Shown here piece by piece: positions 18,832-27,620 of a DNA stretch of 64,000 bases. A model generated the notes under the pieces. It saw only the letters and a list, made by a program, of their open reading frames with translations. It had not been told where the DNA came from and did no database searches. The DNA is from Candidatus Dojkabacteria bacterium (GTDB taxonomy: Bacteria > Patescibacteriota > Dojkabacteria > SC72), in the NCBI GenBank assembly GCA_012842045.1, contig DUTP01000003.1:66532-130531 (forward strand). The letters run 5' to 3'. Position 1 is the first letter of the stretch, and each line of letters opens with the position of its first letter. Both the position numbers and the translations under genes were made by a program.

Positions 18832-19914
18832 CTATTCAATTATCGGTACCATTCTATCTTCCTTCTCTAACATCTTCTTACTTAATGTATAGAATGTTGC
18901 TTTACCTTTACCTTTTTGTGTTAGATATCCCTTTTCAATCATATCTTTCACATCTCTAAAACAAGTCATAAAGGAAACACCTAGAAGGTCTACTAATTGA
19001 CTTCTATTTACTTTCTGATTAAGTGAAAGAAAATCTAAAATCTGTATCTGTCTTGGAGTTAAGTATAGTTCTAATGACCCCTGTTTCTTAACCTTTTGAG
19101 TATATGTATCTTTAAATTCTTTTGAAACTTCTAGAGATGTAAGTGAGATTGTGTAAAGAAATGCTTCTAGGAAAGGAGTAAGGTCTAGTTTTGGTTTTGT
19201 CATTTTATGTGCAGCTAGTAAGTCCTCTGAGATATATTCAATGGATTTAAAGTAAGGGAATATATTATCTGGATTGTAATCATATTTCTTTGCAAGAATC
19301 TCAGCTACTAGTATTGCTGTAATTTGATTTCCTGCTGTAAAAGGAGCTTTATCTAGAAACTCATATATCATTACACCTATTTTAATCAATTTATGATTGT
19401 TATCAGAAGCGTTCTGTATCCAATCAAAGAGTTCATTGAAATGTGCCGTTATATCAAGATTAGGATAGAAATCTCTATTTTTGTACCATGTATCATATAT
19501 CTCATTTGGCTTTTCAGAGAAACCTCTCAACTTTCCTACATCCCAATCATCTACAACATCTTTAAGTATTAATCTGTTTAAGTGCATAGCTAATTCAATT
19601 GATGGTTTCAAGGATGATCTATTGTTGTATGACCTTAGGAAATCTTTAGCATTTCTAAAGTTTGTAAATATCTTTAACTTCTTTCTTTCAGAAGGTGTTT
19701 CTTGTCCTCTCTGTATTATCAATGATTTGTTGTAACCAATTGGGGAAGCAACTAAGCTACTCATTTTCATAATGTCTTCAGTTGCATATTTCTCTTCTAT
19801 GATACTCTTGTATTTCTCAGGAAGAGGATTGTATTTAATATCCTTGATAGCTAGTTCATATTTAACTATATAGTCTAGCATTAGGTTTGTTAGTGTATAT
19901 TTTGGTGTTTTCAT
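18832..19914 (-). CDS. Fic-fold protein with degenerate motif and C-terminal winged HTH
   Basis: Start reset to MKTPKY because the longer track ORF runs into tRNA-Thr; KAPFTAGNQITA at the HPFxDGNGRxxR position; LTPRQ...GVSFMTCFRDVKDM...GKGKATFY. Confidence 0.75.
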   Translation of the reverse strand: MKTPKYTLTNLMLDYIVKYELAIKDIKYNPLPEKYKSIIEEKYATEDIMKMSSLVASPIGYNKSLIIQRGQETPSERKKLKIFTNFRNAKDFLRSYNNRSSLKPSIELAMHLNRLILKDVVDDWDVGKLRGFSEKPNEIYDTWYKNRDFYPNLDITAHFNELFDWIQNASDNNHKLIKIGVMIYEFLDKAPFTAGNQITAILVAEILAKKYDYNPDNIFPYFKSIEYISEDLLAAHKMTKPKLDLTPFLEAFLYTISLTSLEVSKEFKDTYTQKVKKQGSLELYLTPRQIQILDFLSLNQKVNRSQLVDLLGVSFMTCFRDVKDMIEKGYLTQKGKGKATFYTLSKKMLEKEDRMVPIIE

Positions 19915-19928
19915 AATTGTAAAACAGA

Positions 19929-20001
19929 AGCTGGTAGATGGTCTCGAACCATCGACCTGTCCCTTACGAAGGGAATGCTCTACCAACTGAGCTATACCAG
20001 C
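19929..20001 (-). tRNA. tRNA-Thr(CGT)
   Basis: Reverse complement GCTGGTA...TACCAGC-T; anticodon loop TTCGTAA. Confidence 0.95.
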
Positions 20002-20050
20002 ATTTGTAACATGAATTGTAACAAAGAATTAAGAAGTGTACAATACATAT

Positions 20051-20767
20051 GTGAAGAAAAAAGTATTTTTGTATCTATATCCAATTCAAGAGTTTTTTGA
20101 TACTTCTTTTCATCCTGAAGAATTTTATAGAAGTTTTGGTTTAAAGTACCCTTTTCCCATTTTAAATGAATGTATTCAAAAGCGATATCGGGAAAAAGGA
20201 TATGAAGTTGTTTTTGCTACCTATCCTGACAGGGAGGTAAAAGTTGTAGACGTCAAAAATGAAGACAGAGTTATCCTAACAGATATAACTTTTAAAGAAG
20301 CTTCTGGTTATTATGAAGATGGTAGTGAGAAGTCGAGGGATGAGATTAGGTACCCAGATTCTAAATTTCTAATAGATCAATTAGGGGAAATAGATAGTTT
20401 GGTTGTGGGTGGCTTTCATGCATGTGATTGTGTTAAAAGAGTTGCTGACTATGCTTATGATATAGGGATTGATACACTTGTTGATTATGAACTAACTGAA
20501 TCTTTTGGTTATTATTTAAAACAGGAGTTTTTTGAAATAGATAAATATAATCCAGCGAATATTAGGGAACTTATAAGATACTATGCATTTACAGACTATA
20601 AATCTGAAGAGAGAAGAAATGATTATTTAGAGAGATTTAAAAACAATTTTTCTCCTGTATATCATTTTTTCGATGAGAGATATACTCCTACTGTAACTGC
20701 AGAAGAGATGATTGCAAGAGAATATCAAGAAGATATTGAAAGGCAACAGAGTGAGAGAACTAATTAA
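20051..20767 (+). CDS. Hypothetical protein, cysteine hydrolase/isochorismatase-like
   Basis: LVVGGFHACDCVKRVADYAYDIGIDTLV resembles the isochorismatase catalytic segment; GTG start chosen 6 nt after TACAAT. Confidence 0.5.
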   Translation: MKKKVFLYLYPIQEFFDTSFHPEEFYRSFGLKYPFPILNECIQKRYREKGYEVVFATYPDREVKVVDVKNEDRVILTDITFKEASGYYEDGSEKSRDEIRYPDSKFLIDQLGEIDSLVVGGFHACDCVKRVADYAYDIGIDTLVDYELTESFGYYLKQEFFEIDKYNPANIRELIRYYAFTDYKSEERRNDYLERFKNNFSPVYHFFDERYTPTVTAEEMIAREYQEDIERQQSERTN

Positions 20768-20787
20768 TTTTATTGTATAATTAAAAC

Positions 20788-21315
20788 ATGGAAACAAAAA
20801 ATAAAAAATACAATCTAGAAAGAAAAGACAGAATTAGTTGGGATGTTTACTTCATGGCTATAGCTAAACTCTCTGCTATGAGAAGTAAAGATCCTAGTAC
20901 TCAGGTTGGTGCATGCATAGTAGGTAGTGATAACAGGATACTATCAATAGGTTACAATGGAGCACCTAATAGTTGGAAAGATGAGAGTTTTCCTTGGGAT
21001 AGAGAAGGTGAATATTTAGAAACTAAATATCCGTATGTTGTACATGCTGAGAGAAATGCAATGTTAAATTACAGAGGTAGTAACAAGGATATGGAAGGGG
21101 CAAGACTATATGTAGACCTTTTCCCATGTAATGAATGTGCAAAGGGGATAGTTCAAGTAGGAATTAAAGAGGTAGTGTATCTCTCGGATAAATATGCTAA
21201 TACAGACTCTGTAATAGCATCAAAGAGACTATTTGATGAATGTGGTGTGAAGTATAGACAGTTAGATAAAGATTGTCAGGTTAAGTTAAAGATAGATTTG
21301 TGTAATAAGGAATAG
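20788..21315 (+). CDS. dCMP deaminase (ComEB-like)
   Basis: SKDPSTQVGA, GYNG, HAERNA, FPCNECAK. Confidence 0.95.
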   Translation: METKNKKYNLERKDRISWDVYFMAIAKLSAMRSKDPSTQVGACIVGSDNRILSIGYNGAPNSWKDESFPWDREGEYLETKYPYVVHAERNAMLNYRGSNKDMEGARLYVDLFPCNECAKGIVQVGIKEVVYLSDKYANTDSVIASKRLFDECGVKYRQLDKDCQVKLKIDLCNKE

Positions 21316-21321
21316 AAGTTT

Positions 21322-21903
21322 ATGGAAACATTCTATCTAGAACTTCCCACTTTAGAAAGAAAACAAGAAGCTATTGACTATATCACCGAACATAATGATG
21401 CTAAATCAAATATTAATGGTAGTGGTGGTTTGGATAAAGGATTTACTGATTATGAAGCTTGGTTAAAAAAGATAAAATTAGAGGAAGATCCAAAAACCTG
21501 TTCTCCAGATAGAGCACCGGCTTACACATATTTCTTCATTAGAGAGAATGATGACAAGATAATCGGTATGGTAAATCTACGCTACATATTAACAGACTTT
21601 CTTTTAAAATATGCTGGGAATATTGGTTATGGTATACGACCTACAGAGAGAGAAAAAGGGTATAGTAAGATACTTCTCTATTTAGTTCTACAGAAATGTA
21701 AAGAATTAAATCTTGAGAAGGTCTTGTTATCTGCTGATGAAAGTAATCCAGCTTCTTGGAAGACCATAGAAGCATTGGGTGGGGTATTAGAAAACAAGGT
21801 ACCTAATATATATGAAGAGGGAGAGATATTATGTAGATATTGGATTAATATTAAGGGGAGTTTGGAGAAGTACAAGGAGGAATATTCAAAATATATCTTG
21901 TAA
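21322..21903 (+). CDS. GNAT family acetyltransferase
   Basis: GNIGYGIRPTEREKGY, NPASWKTIEALGG. Confidence 0.9.
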   Translation: METFYLELPTLERKQEAIDYITEHNDAKSNINGSGGLDKGFTDYEAWLKKIKLEEDPKTCSPDRAPAYTYFFIRENDDKIIGMVNLRYILTDFLLKYAGNIGYGIRPTEREKGYSKILLYLVLQKCKELNLEKVLLSADESNPASWKTIEALGGVLENKVPNIYEEGEILCRYWINIKGSLEKYKEEYSKYIL

Positions 21904-21925
21904 ATTAGAAAAAAAGTAAAGACTT

Positions 21926-22831
21926 ATGAATGAAAAGAAATTAATCAGAACAGTTGAAGAGTTTTTAGATGTTAAGATAGAAGAAATTCAAACTCCTCCA
22001 CAAGGTATGGATAGCAAAGTTCTTTTTGTTGTTGATCAAGAACGAAAAGAATATGTTATCAAGTTAAGTGAGGGAGCTCTTGTAGATGCTAAGGCATATG
22101 AGCTTTTAGCCCAAAATGATGTTAAAATTCCTGTTCCAAAATTATTTGGTATGTTTGACTTTGATAACAAACCAGTAATAATTATGGAAAGAATACAATT
22201 CCCACTACTAGAGAGTATTCCAGTCAAACAGATGAGTAACTATATCTCATCAATGATTAAAAATCTTAAATTGATCCATAAAGTTAAGTCTCAAAAGAGT
22301 GGTTTTCTTAATAATTTAGATAGTAAGAAAAGTTGGAAGGAACACCTCTTATCGAAGTTTAATGGTACAGATTCAGAACTTAATTGGGAGGAGATAAGTA
22401 ATAGGGAAGGGATTGATAAAGAACTTGTTTTATCTGCAGTAGAAAAAATTAGAGATGAAATTTCTAATACAATAATGATAGATTCCAATTATTCATTAAT
22501 TCATACAGATTTTAATCAAAGAAATCTTTTTGTTGATACTAAGACTAAAGAAATTGCAGGAATTATAGATTGGGGAGAAGCTATGTTTGGTGACCCTATT
22601 TTTGATTTTGCAAGAGTACGTATGTATATCTGGCATTTTGATTTAGGACAGGATGTTGTAGAGAATTACTACAATATTATGAACTACACAGAGAGTGAAA
22701 GACATTTAGACAACCTTTATTGGTTTACAAGAGTTGTGGAATATTTAGCATATTACTCTGAAGAACTAAACGAGTTTAATCTTGATAGAATTAATATGCA
22801 TCAGAAATTCTTAAGGAAAAACTTTGTATAG
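21926..22831 (+). CDS. Aminoglycoside phosphotransferase/choline kinase family protein
   Basis: IPVPK, LIHTDFNQRNL, GIIDWGEAMFGDPIFD. Confidence 0.85.
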   Translation: MNEKKLIRTVEEFLDVKIEEIQTPPQGMDSKVLFVVDQERKEYVIKLSEGALVDAKAYELLAQNDVKIPVPKLFGMFDFDNKPVIIMERIQFPLLESIPVKQMSNYISSMIKNLKLIHKVKSQKSGFLNNLDSKKSWKEHLLSKFNGTDSELNWEEISNREGIDKELVLSAVEKIRDEISNTIMIDSNYSLIHTDFNQRNLFVDTKTKEIAGIIDWGEAMFGDPIFDFARVRMYIWHFDLGQDVVENYYNIMNYTESERHLDNLYWFTRVVEYLAYYSEELNEFNLDRINMHQKFLRKNFV

Positions 22832-22838
22832 ATAGTCT

Positions 22839-23165
22839 CTATTTCCTCTTTATTTTAATATCATAGTACTGTTCTTGGAAATGAGTTTGTTCTATGATTT
22901 CTTCATCAGTAAAGTCCATACCTTCTGGAGCAGCTACCCACTTCTCTTCAATATCATTATTTCTGTGTATAATTGCAATTATTTTCCCTTCCCATTCCTT
23001 TAGTGGTTTATCTGGACCTAGTATATATACATCTTGTTCTTCACCATCTCCTCCCTTTACTCCCTCAATATATCCATAGTTAACAGAATATTTAATATTA
23101 GGATGTTTTGGATGAACAGACCCCATTGGTCTATCAACAATAACCTTTACTGTTTCTCCTATCAT
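22839..23165 (-). CDS. Small inorganic pyrophosphatase-like protein
   Basis: VDRPMGSVHP, YSVNYGYI, GDGEEQDVYILG. Confidence 0.8.
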   Translation of the reverse strand: MIGETVKVIVDRPMGSVHPKHPNIKYSVNYGYIEGVKGGDGEEQDVYILGPDKPLKEWEGKIIAIIHRNNDIEEKWVAAPEGMDFTDEEIIEQTHFQEQYYDIKIKRK

Positions 23166-23187
23166 ATGATTATATGGCTATTTTAAA

Positions 23188-23260
23188 AGCGAGAGACGGG
23201 GCTCGAACCCGCGACCTTCTCCTTGGGAAGGAGACATTCTACCAACTGAACTACTCTCGC
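23188..23260 (-). tRNA. tRNA-Gly(CCC)
   Basis: Reverse complement GCGAGAG...CTCTCGC-T; anticodon arm TCTCC-TTCCCAA-GGAGA. Confidence 0.95.
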
Positions 23261-23279
23261 ATATAGGTATTCTACTAAG

Positions 23280-23303
23280 AAAAAGGGAGTATTTCTACTC
23301 CCT
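23280..23303 (-). terminator. Intrinsic terminator after the YtxH gene
   Basis: AGGGAGTA/TACTCCCT 8-bp stem, 4-nt loop, U-tract on minus strand. Confidence 0.75.
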
Positions 23304-23325
23304 CTATATTTCTTATCTACAGAAA

Positions 23326-23703
23326 CTAAGCAGCTATCTGTTTCTTTACATCATTCCAGTCTTCTTTTAACTGCTCTCCTAGCTTCTTAGCAGCTTCTCC
23401 TGTTGCTTCTCCACTCTCTTTAAAGCTATCAACAATCTCAGCAACTATCTTCTTGTAATCCTCTGCATTGATACTTTTTCCAGCCTTTTTAATATTCTCT
23501 ATCTTCTTAGCAACTTCTTTCTTTGCTTTCTTCAAAAGAGCTTCTCCTTGTTCCTTTGTTTTCTTTGCAAACTTTTTAATATCCTCTCTGGTTTCTTTTC
23601 CAGATTTTGGTGCTAAAAGAACACCTGCTGCTGCTCCTGCTAATGCTCCGAGTGCAACTCCTGCAGCTACTTTTCCTGCTACATTTTGTTTTTTGTCTGA
23701 CAT
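23326..23703 (-). CDS. YtxH domain protein
   Basis: GALAGAAAGVLLAPKSGKETREDI. Confidence 0.9.
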   Translation of the reverse strand: MSDKKQNVAGKVAAGVALGALAGAAAGVLLAPKSGKETREDIKKFAKKTKEQGEALLKKAKKEVAKKIENIKKAGKSINAEDYKKIVAEIVDSFKESGEATGEAAKKLGEQLKEDWNDVKKQIAA

Positions 23704-23728
23704 AGTTAATTAATTAAAAATTTAAATA

Positions 23729-24025
23729 TTAAAACTTAATAAACTTGAATATGAGGTATGCAATTATTATCAAAATAGAGGGTATTAGTATAGCTAATAG
23801 GATTGTACCAAATGGGAACTGAGGAACTTCAGTTTGTTCTTTTGTCTCTACAGTTTTAGTGTCTTCTTGTTCCTCTGTTTCTAGATTTTCTACTTCTTTT
23901 ACACTCTCAATTGTTTCTTCTTGGTCTAGTTGTATTATATTTTCTTGTGCATATGTATACTTACCAGAAAAACCTGTTATTACGATGAAAACTAAAACTG
24001 TTAGGAATGTTTTTATCTTACCCAT
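23729..24025 (-). CDS. Hypothetical membrane protein
   Basis: Signal peptide, acidic linker, C-terminal TM. Confidence 0.6.
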   Translation of the reverse strand: MGKIKTFLTVLVFIVITGFSGKYTYAQENIIQLDQEETIESVKEVENLETEEQEDTKTVETKEQTEVPQFPFGTILLAILIPSILIIIAYLIFKFIKF

Positions 24026-24049
24026 ATATATATGTTAACATATATCTCT

Positions 24050-24670
24050 ATGACATATCCAGATACAAAAAAAGAAGAAGAATTATGGTCTAAGGGATTT
24101 AAATATGTAGTTGGTATTGATGAAGCTGGTAGAGGTCCACTAGCAGGTCCTGTTGTAGTAGCAGGTGTGGTCATTGTAAATCATGATGATGTTGTTGATA
24201 GTGTTAGGGATAGTAAGAAGATGACAAAGAAAAAGAGAGAGGAAGCATTTGAATTAATTAAAGAGAAATCATTTGCATACGGTATCGGTATCATTAGCTC
24301 TAAGGAGATAGATAGGGTGGGAATTAAGTATGCTGTTAGGAATGGTATGAAGAAGGTTGTTGAGGAGATAGAAGAGAAGTTGAAAGAAAAAGTAAACTAT
24401 ATTATCTCTGATGGTGCTGTTTATCCAATTAAGGGCTATGATATGGAAATTATTGATAGAGGTGATACTCTACATTACAGTATTGCAGCAGCATCTATAT
24501 TAGCAAAAGTGACTAGGGATAGAATAATGGAGGAGTACTCTAAACAGTATCCTGTATATGGTTTTGAAAGAAATGCTGGTTATGGTACTAAGGAACATTT
24601 GGAGAGTATTAAGGAATATGGTATATGTGAGATACATAGAAAGAGTTTTAAACCTTGTAATCTGTACTAG
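24050..24670 (+). CDS. rnhB: Ribonuclease HII
   Basis: GIDEAGRGPLAGP, DSKK, IAAASILAKVTRD, HRKSF. Confidence 0.97.
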   Translation: MTYPDTKKEEELWSKGFKYVVGIDEAGRGPLAGPVVVAGVVIVNHDDVVDSVRDSKKMTKKKREEAFELIKEKSFAYGIGIISSKEIDRVGIKYAVRNGMKKVVEEIEEKLKEKVNYIISDGAVYPIKGYDMEIIDRGDTLHYSIAAASILAKVTRDRIMEEYSKQYPVYGFERNAGYGTKEHLESIKEYGICEIHRKSFKPCNLY

Positions 24671-24699
24671 GAAGGTAGTATAATGGCATGTTTTAGTAT

Positions 24700-24773
24700 G
24701 GGGTGCTAGCTCATCAGGTTAGAGCAACTGCCTTTTAAGCAGTTGGTGCTGGGTTCGAGTCCCAGGCACCTCA
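24700..24773 (+). tRNA. tRNA-Lys(TTT)
   Basis: GGGGTGC...GCACCTC-A; anticodon arm ACTGC-CTTTTAA-GCAGT. Confidence 0.95.
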
Positions 24774-24827
24774 TTTTTAAACATTATTTCCCTATTTTTA
24801 ATCTTAAAACTATTTTGTAGGAATTTT

Positions 24828-24882
24828 AGAGAGTGAAACTCATATGGCAGTGTGACAGTACATGTTACGAGATCCACTCTCT
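24828..24882 (-). terminator. Large-loop hairpin after orphan cassette 2
   Basis: AGAGAGTG 24828-24835 / CACTCTCT 24875-24882 with further imperfect pairing; no clear U-tract. Confidence 0.45.
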
Positions 24883-24902
24883 TAAGGTTGTTCTTTGAAT
24901 AT

Positions 24903-25196
24903 TTACAAAAGTTTTTGTGCTTCTAGTAGTTCTTTGTTGCATGATTGCACTCCAACTGGGCTTAATAAGTCATTTCTGTCAAAAATGTTATTCTTAATCT
25001 TTGACGGAACAATGTAAAAAACTCCTTTTTGGGGAGGAGGAAAAGAAGTTCTTCTCTGAGTGGTTATTTCTACTAGAAAGACTATTCCTTTTTTGTTTAT
25101 ATCGACAGTAAACTTACTTTTCCAATAAAACTTACCATTCACAAGTAAAAACAAATCTTTCCCGAGAAGATTAATAATTTCTTCTTTCTTATTCAT
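24903..25196 (-). CDS. Orphan hypothetical protein (SD-led)
   Basis: 97-aa ORF preceded by AGGAGGT; no family recognised. Confidence 0.6.
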   Translation of the reverse strand: MNKKEEIINLLGKDLFLLVNGKFYWKSKFTVDINKKGIVFLVEITTQRRTSFPPPQKGVFYIVPSKIKNNIFDRNDLLSPVGVQSCNKELLEAQKLL

Positions 25197-25200
25197 AATA

Positions 25201-25240
25201 ACCTCCTAATTTTTAATGAACAACCCATAGAATTATATCA
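25201..25240 (-). promoter_or_regulatory. Extended -10 promoter, boxA-like motif and SD of orphan cassette 2
   Basis: Minus strand TGATATAAT (25240-25232), then GGTTGTTCATTAAAAATT, then AGGAGGT. Confidence 0.6.
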
Positions 25241-25426
25241 TGAGTGTAAAATATGTAATAGATAGAGCTTCACTTACTTAAGATAGTCCACACCCTTTTT
25301 CTCTTGCTCTAATCCTCATATTATGAAATAATAATATGCAACATTATCATTAATGTATATCCATATTAAAGAAATTGTTGCAACAAAAGCCTTTTTTACT
25401 GCTGTAATAACTTTAGAAACATACAA

Positions 25427-26602
25427 ATGAGAAACACAGGTACAGTTGTAAGGGGAATCAGAACCCCAATTATCAAACATGGTGACAATCTTGTAGATAT
25501 TGTTGTAGATTCATTACTTAGAGCATCTGAAAGCGATGGTTTTAAGTTTAATGACAAAGATGTAGTTGGAATAACAGAAGCAGTTGTATCCATCTGTGAC
25601 TCTAACTATGTAAGTATTGATGATGTTGCTACAGAGATTGAGAAAAAGTTTGGTAGTGAAGAAATAGGTTTAGTATTTCCAATACTAAGTAGAAACAGAT
25701 TCTCCATGATACTTGAAGCTATTCTTAAAGCTTGTAAAAAGGTTCATATTCTTTTCAGTTACCCATCAGATGAAGTAGGTAATCATATTCTTGATCCAAA
25801 AATGATGGAAGATATATGTCTAGATGATTCTTTTGATGAAAAAGAATTTAGAGAGGTATTCGGTTATGATTTTAAACATGAATTTACAGGTTTAGACTAC
25901 ATTGAATACTACAAAAGTTTAGGAAAAGAAGGACAAGTTATTCCTCACTTCTCAAACAATCCAAGAGATATATTAAACTTCACAAAGAATGTTTTAGTTT
26001 GTGATACACATAACAGGAAGAAGACAAAGAGATTGGTTGAAGAAGGTGGTGGAGAGGTTGTATATGGTTTAGAAGATATCTGTAATGAGGTTGTGGAAGG
26101 AAGAGGTTACAATGTAGACTATGGTTTGCTTGGAGCTAATAAGGTGGGAGAGGGGAATATGAAATTGTTTCCTAAAGTTAAAGAAGGAGAAATCTTAGTA
26201 AAAAAGATACAGAAGAAACTATTAGAGAAAACAGGTGCAAAGATAGAAGTAATGATATATGGGGATGGTGCATTTAAGGATCCTGTAGGACAAATATGGG
26301 AGCTAGCAGACCCTGTTGTTTCTCCTGCATATACTGATGGGTTAGTTGGTAGACCAAAAGAGGTAAAACTAAAAGTTATTTCTGAAAATTGGGATGGTAA
26401 GGGTGATATTAAAAAGTGTGTAGAGGATGCTATAAATGAAAAGAAGAGTAAGGAGTACAATGGAAAGAATTCTTTAGGGACAACCCCTAGACAACTCACA
26501 GACCTCCTTGGAAGCCTTATGGACCTTACAAGTGGTAGTGGTGATAAAGGGACTCCTGTTGTGTTAGTACAGGGTTATTTTGATGACTATACATCAAAGT
26601 AG
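25427..26602 (+). CDS. Coenzyme F420:L-glutamate ligase-like (CofE family) protein
   Basis: GTVVRGIRTPII, ITEAVV, DLTSGSGDKGTPVVLVQGY. Confidence 0.8.
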   Translation: MRNTGTVVRGIRTPIIKHGDNLVDIVVDSLLRASESDGFKFNDKDVVGITEAVVSICDSNYVSIDDVATEIEKKFGSEEIGLVFPILSRNRFSMILEAILKACKKVHILFSYPSDEVGNHILDPKMMEDICLDDSFDEKEFREVFGYDFKHEFTGLDYIEYYKSLGKEGQVIPHFSNNPRDILNFTKNVLVCDTHNRKKTKRLVEEGGGEVVYGLEDICNEVVEGRGYNVDYGLLGANKVGEGNMKLFPKVKEGEILVKKIQKKLLEKTGAKIEVMIYGDGAFKDPVGQIWELADPVVSPAYTDGLVGRPKEVKLKVISENWDGKGDIKKCVEDAINEKKSKEYNGKNSLGTTPRQLTDLLGSLMDLTSGSGDKGTPVVLVQGYFDDYTSK

Positions 26603-26609
26603 GTAAACT

Positions 26610-27185
26610 CTATCTAAACAATGGCAATCCCCAATATATAGTTGCACATATTGCAAATGTTAATAGTGTTCCAACTACTGTTTGTGCCCAAGTATGCTTT
26701 TTAAGTTCTACTCTAGACCATGCAATTAAAGGTGTAAAAAGAAACATTAAAAAGAAATATGGAGAAAAAAGATAGGCTAGAGTACAAAAAAGATATGTAG
26801 AATATGTCATATGGCCACTCATCTTCCAAGCAAATGTAACAATTGTAATGGCTGAAGCTATTGCAAAGAGAGTAAGAGAAACATATGTAACAGTTTCAAT
26901 GTTGTGGCTTCTCAGTATGAAGAAGAGTATACCAAAAAGTACTGTTATTGTTACAAAATAGATAGGTCTTTCCTCTCTCTTTGTTAATTCATAATCTGAG
27001 ACCTTACCTAATTTCTTAAGAAGTAAGTAAACAAGTATAGGTAGGATTATATAGAGACCAGAATAGAGAAATTTTAATTTTAAGGTTAGGGGAGAGAAAA
27101 AGATAGCTAGTACTGGAGCTAGCATCATTGTTACAAAACCATTAAAGATTTCTGATATTACTCTGGCTATTTTTTGTTTATTCAT
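26610..27185 (-). CDS. PAP2-like membrane protein
   Basis: Multi-TM; WKMSGH and WSRVELKKHT motifs. Confidence 0.7.
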   Translation of the reverse strand: MNKQKIARVISEIFNGFVTMMLAPVLAIFFSPLTLKLKFLYSGLYIILPILVYLLLKKLGKVSDYELTKREERPIYFVTITVLFGILFFILRSHNIETVTYVSLTLFAIASAITIVTFAWKMSGHMTYSTYLFCTLAYLFSPYFFLMFLFTPLIAWSRVELKKHTWAQTVVGTLLTFAICATIYWGLPLFR

Positions 27186-27227
27186 GAATATAGATTTTTG
27201 TTATTTTATATAAATAAATGATACCAT

Positions 27228-27620
27228 TTAAATTCCAAATAGTTGTTTTCTTACTTCAGTCTCATCCTCCTTACCTAATATTCTCAAATTGCTTTTTGCT
27301 TGAATAAATCTCTCCTGCTCATTATTTAGTATAGATTTATTAAAAACATTTAGTATCTCCTCTTCATTATCATCAGCAGATATCCTATTAGTTGATATAT
27401 CTGCACAAACTTCACACTTATGAACTAACATAATCTCTCCATCTTTTTTGTAAGCTAATGCTATTGGTTCCATCTTACCATGACATTTAGATTCTCTATC
27501 TCCAGGTTTTTTATCATCTAAATGTTTAGAAAAAAGACAGTATGGACAATGGTTTCTATGAAGGGTTCCTATATTTCCACTTTCTTTTACCTTTTTCTTA
27601 CAGTTATCACAAAGAAACAT
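27228..27620 (-). CDS. RNHCP domain protein
   Basis: FLCDNC, HRNHCPYCLFSKHLD, PGDR, HKCEVC. Confidence 0.9.
   Translation of the reverse strand: MFLCDNCKKKVKESGNIGTLHRNHCPYCLFSKHLDDKKPGDRESKCHGKMEPIALAYKKDGEIMLVHKCEVCADISTNRISADDNEEEILNVFNKSILNNEQERFIQAKSNLRILGKEDETEVRKQLFGI

Noticed and set aside
19915-19986. N-terminal extension of the Fic-like ORF, and ORF 16135..16326
   Set aside because: Both translate through tRNA genes (Thr and Leu).
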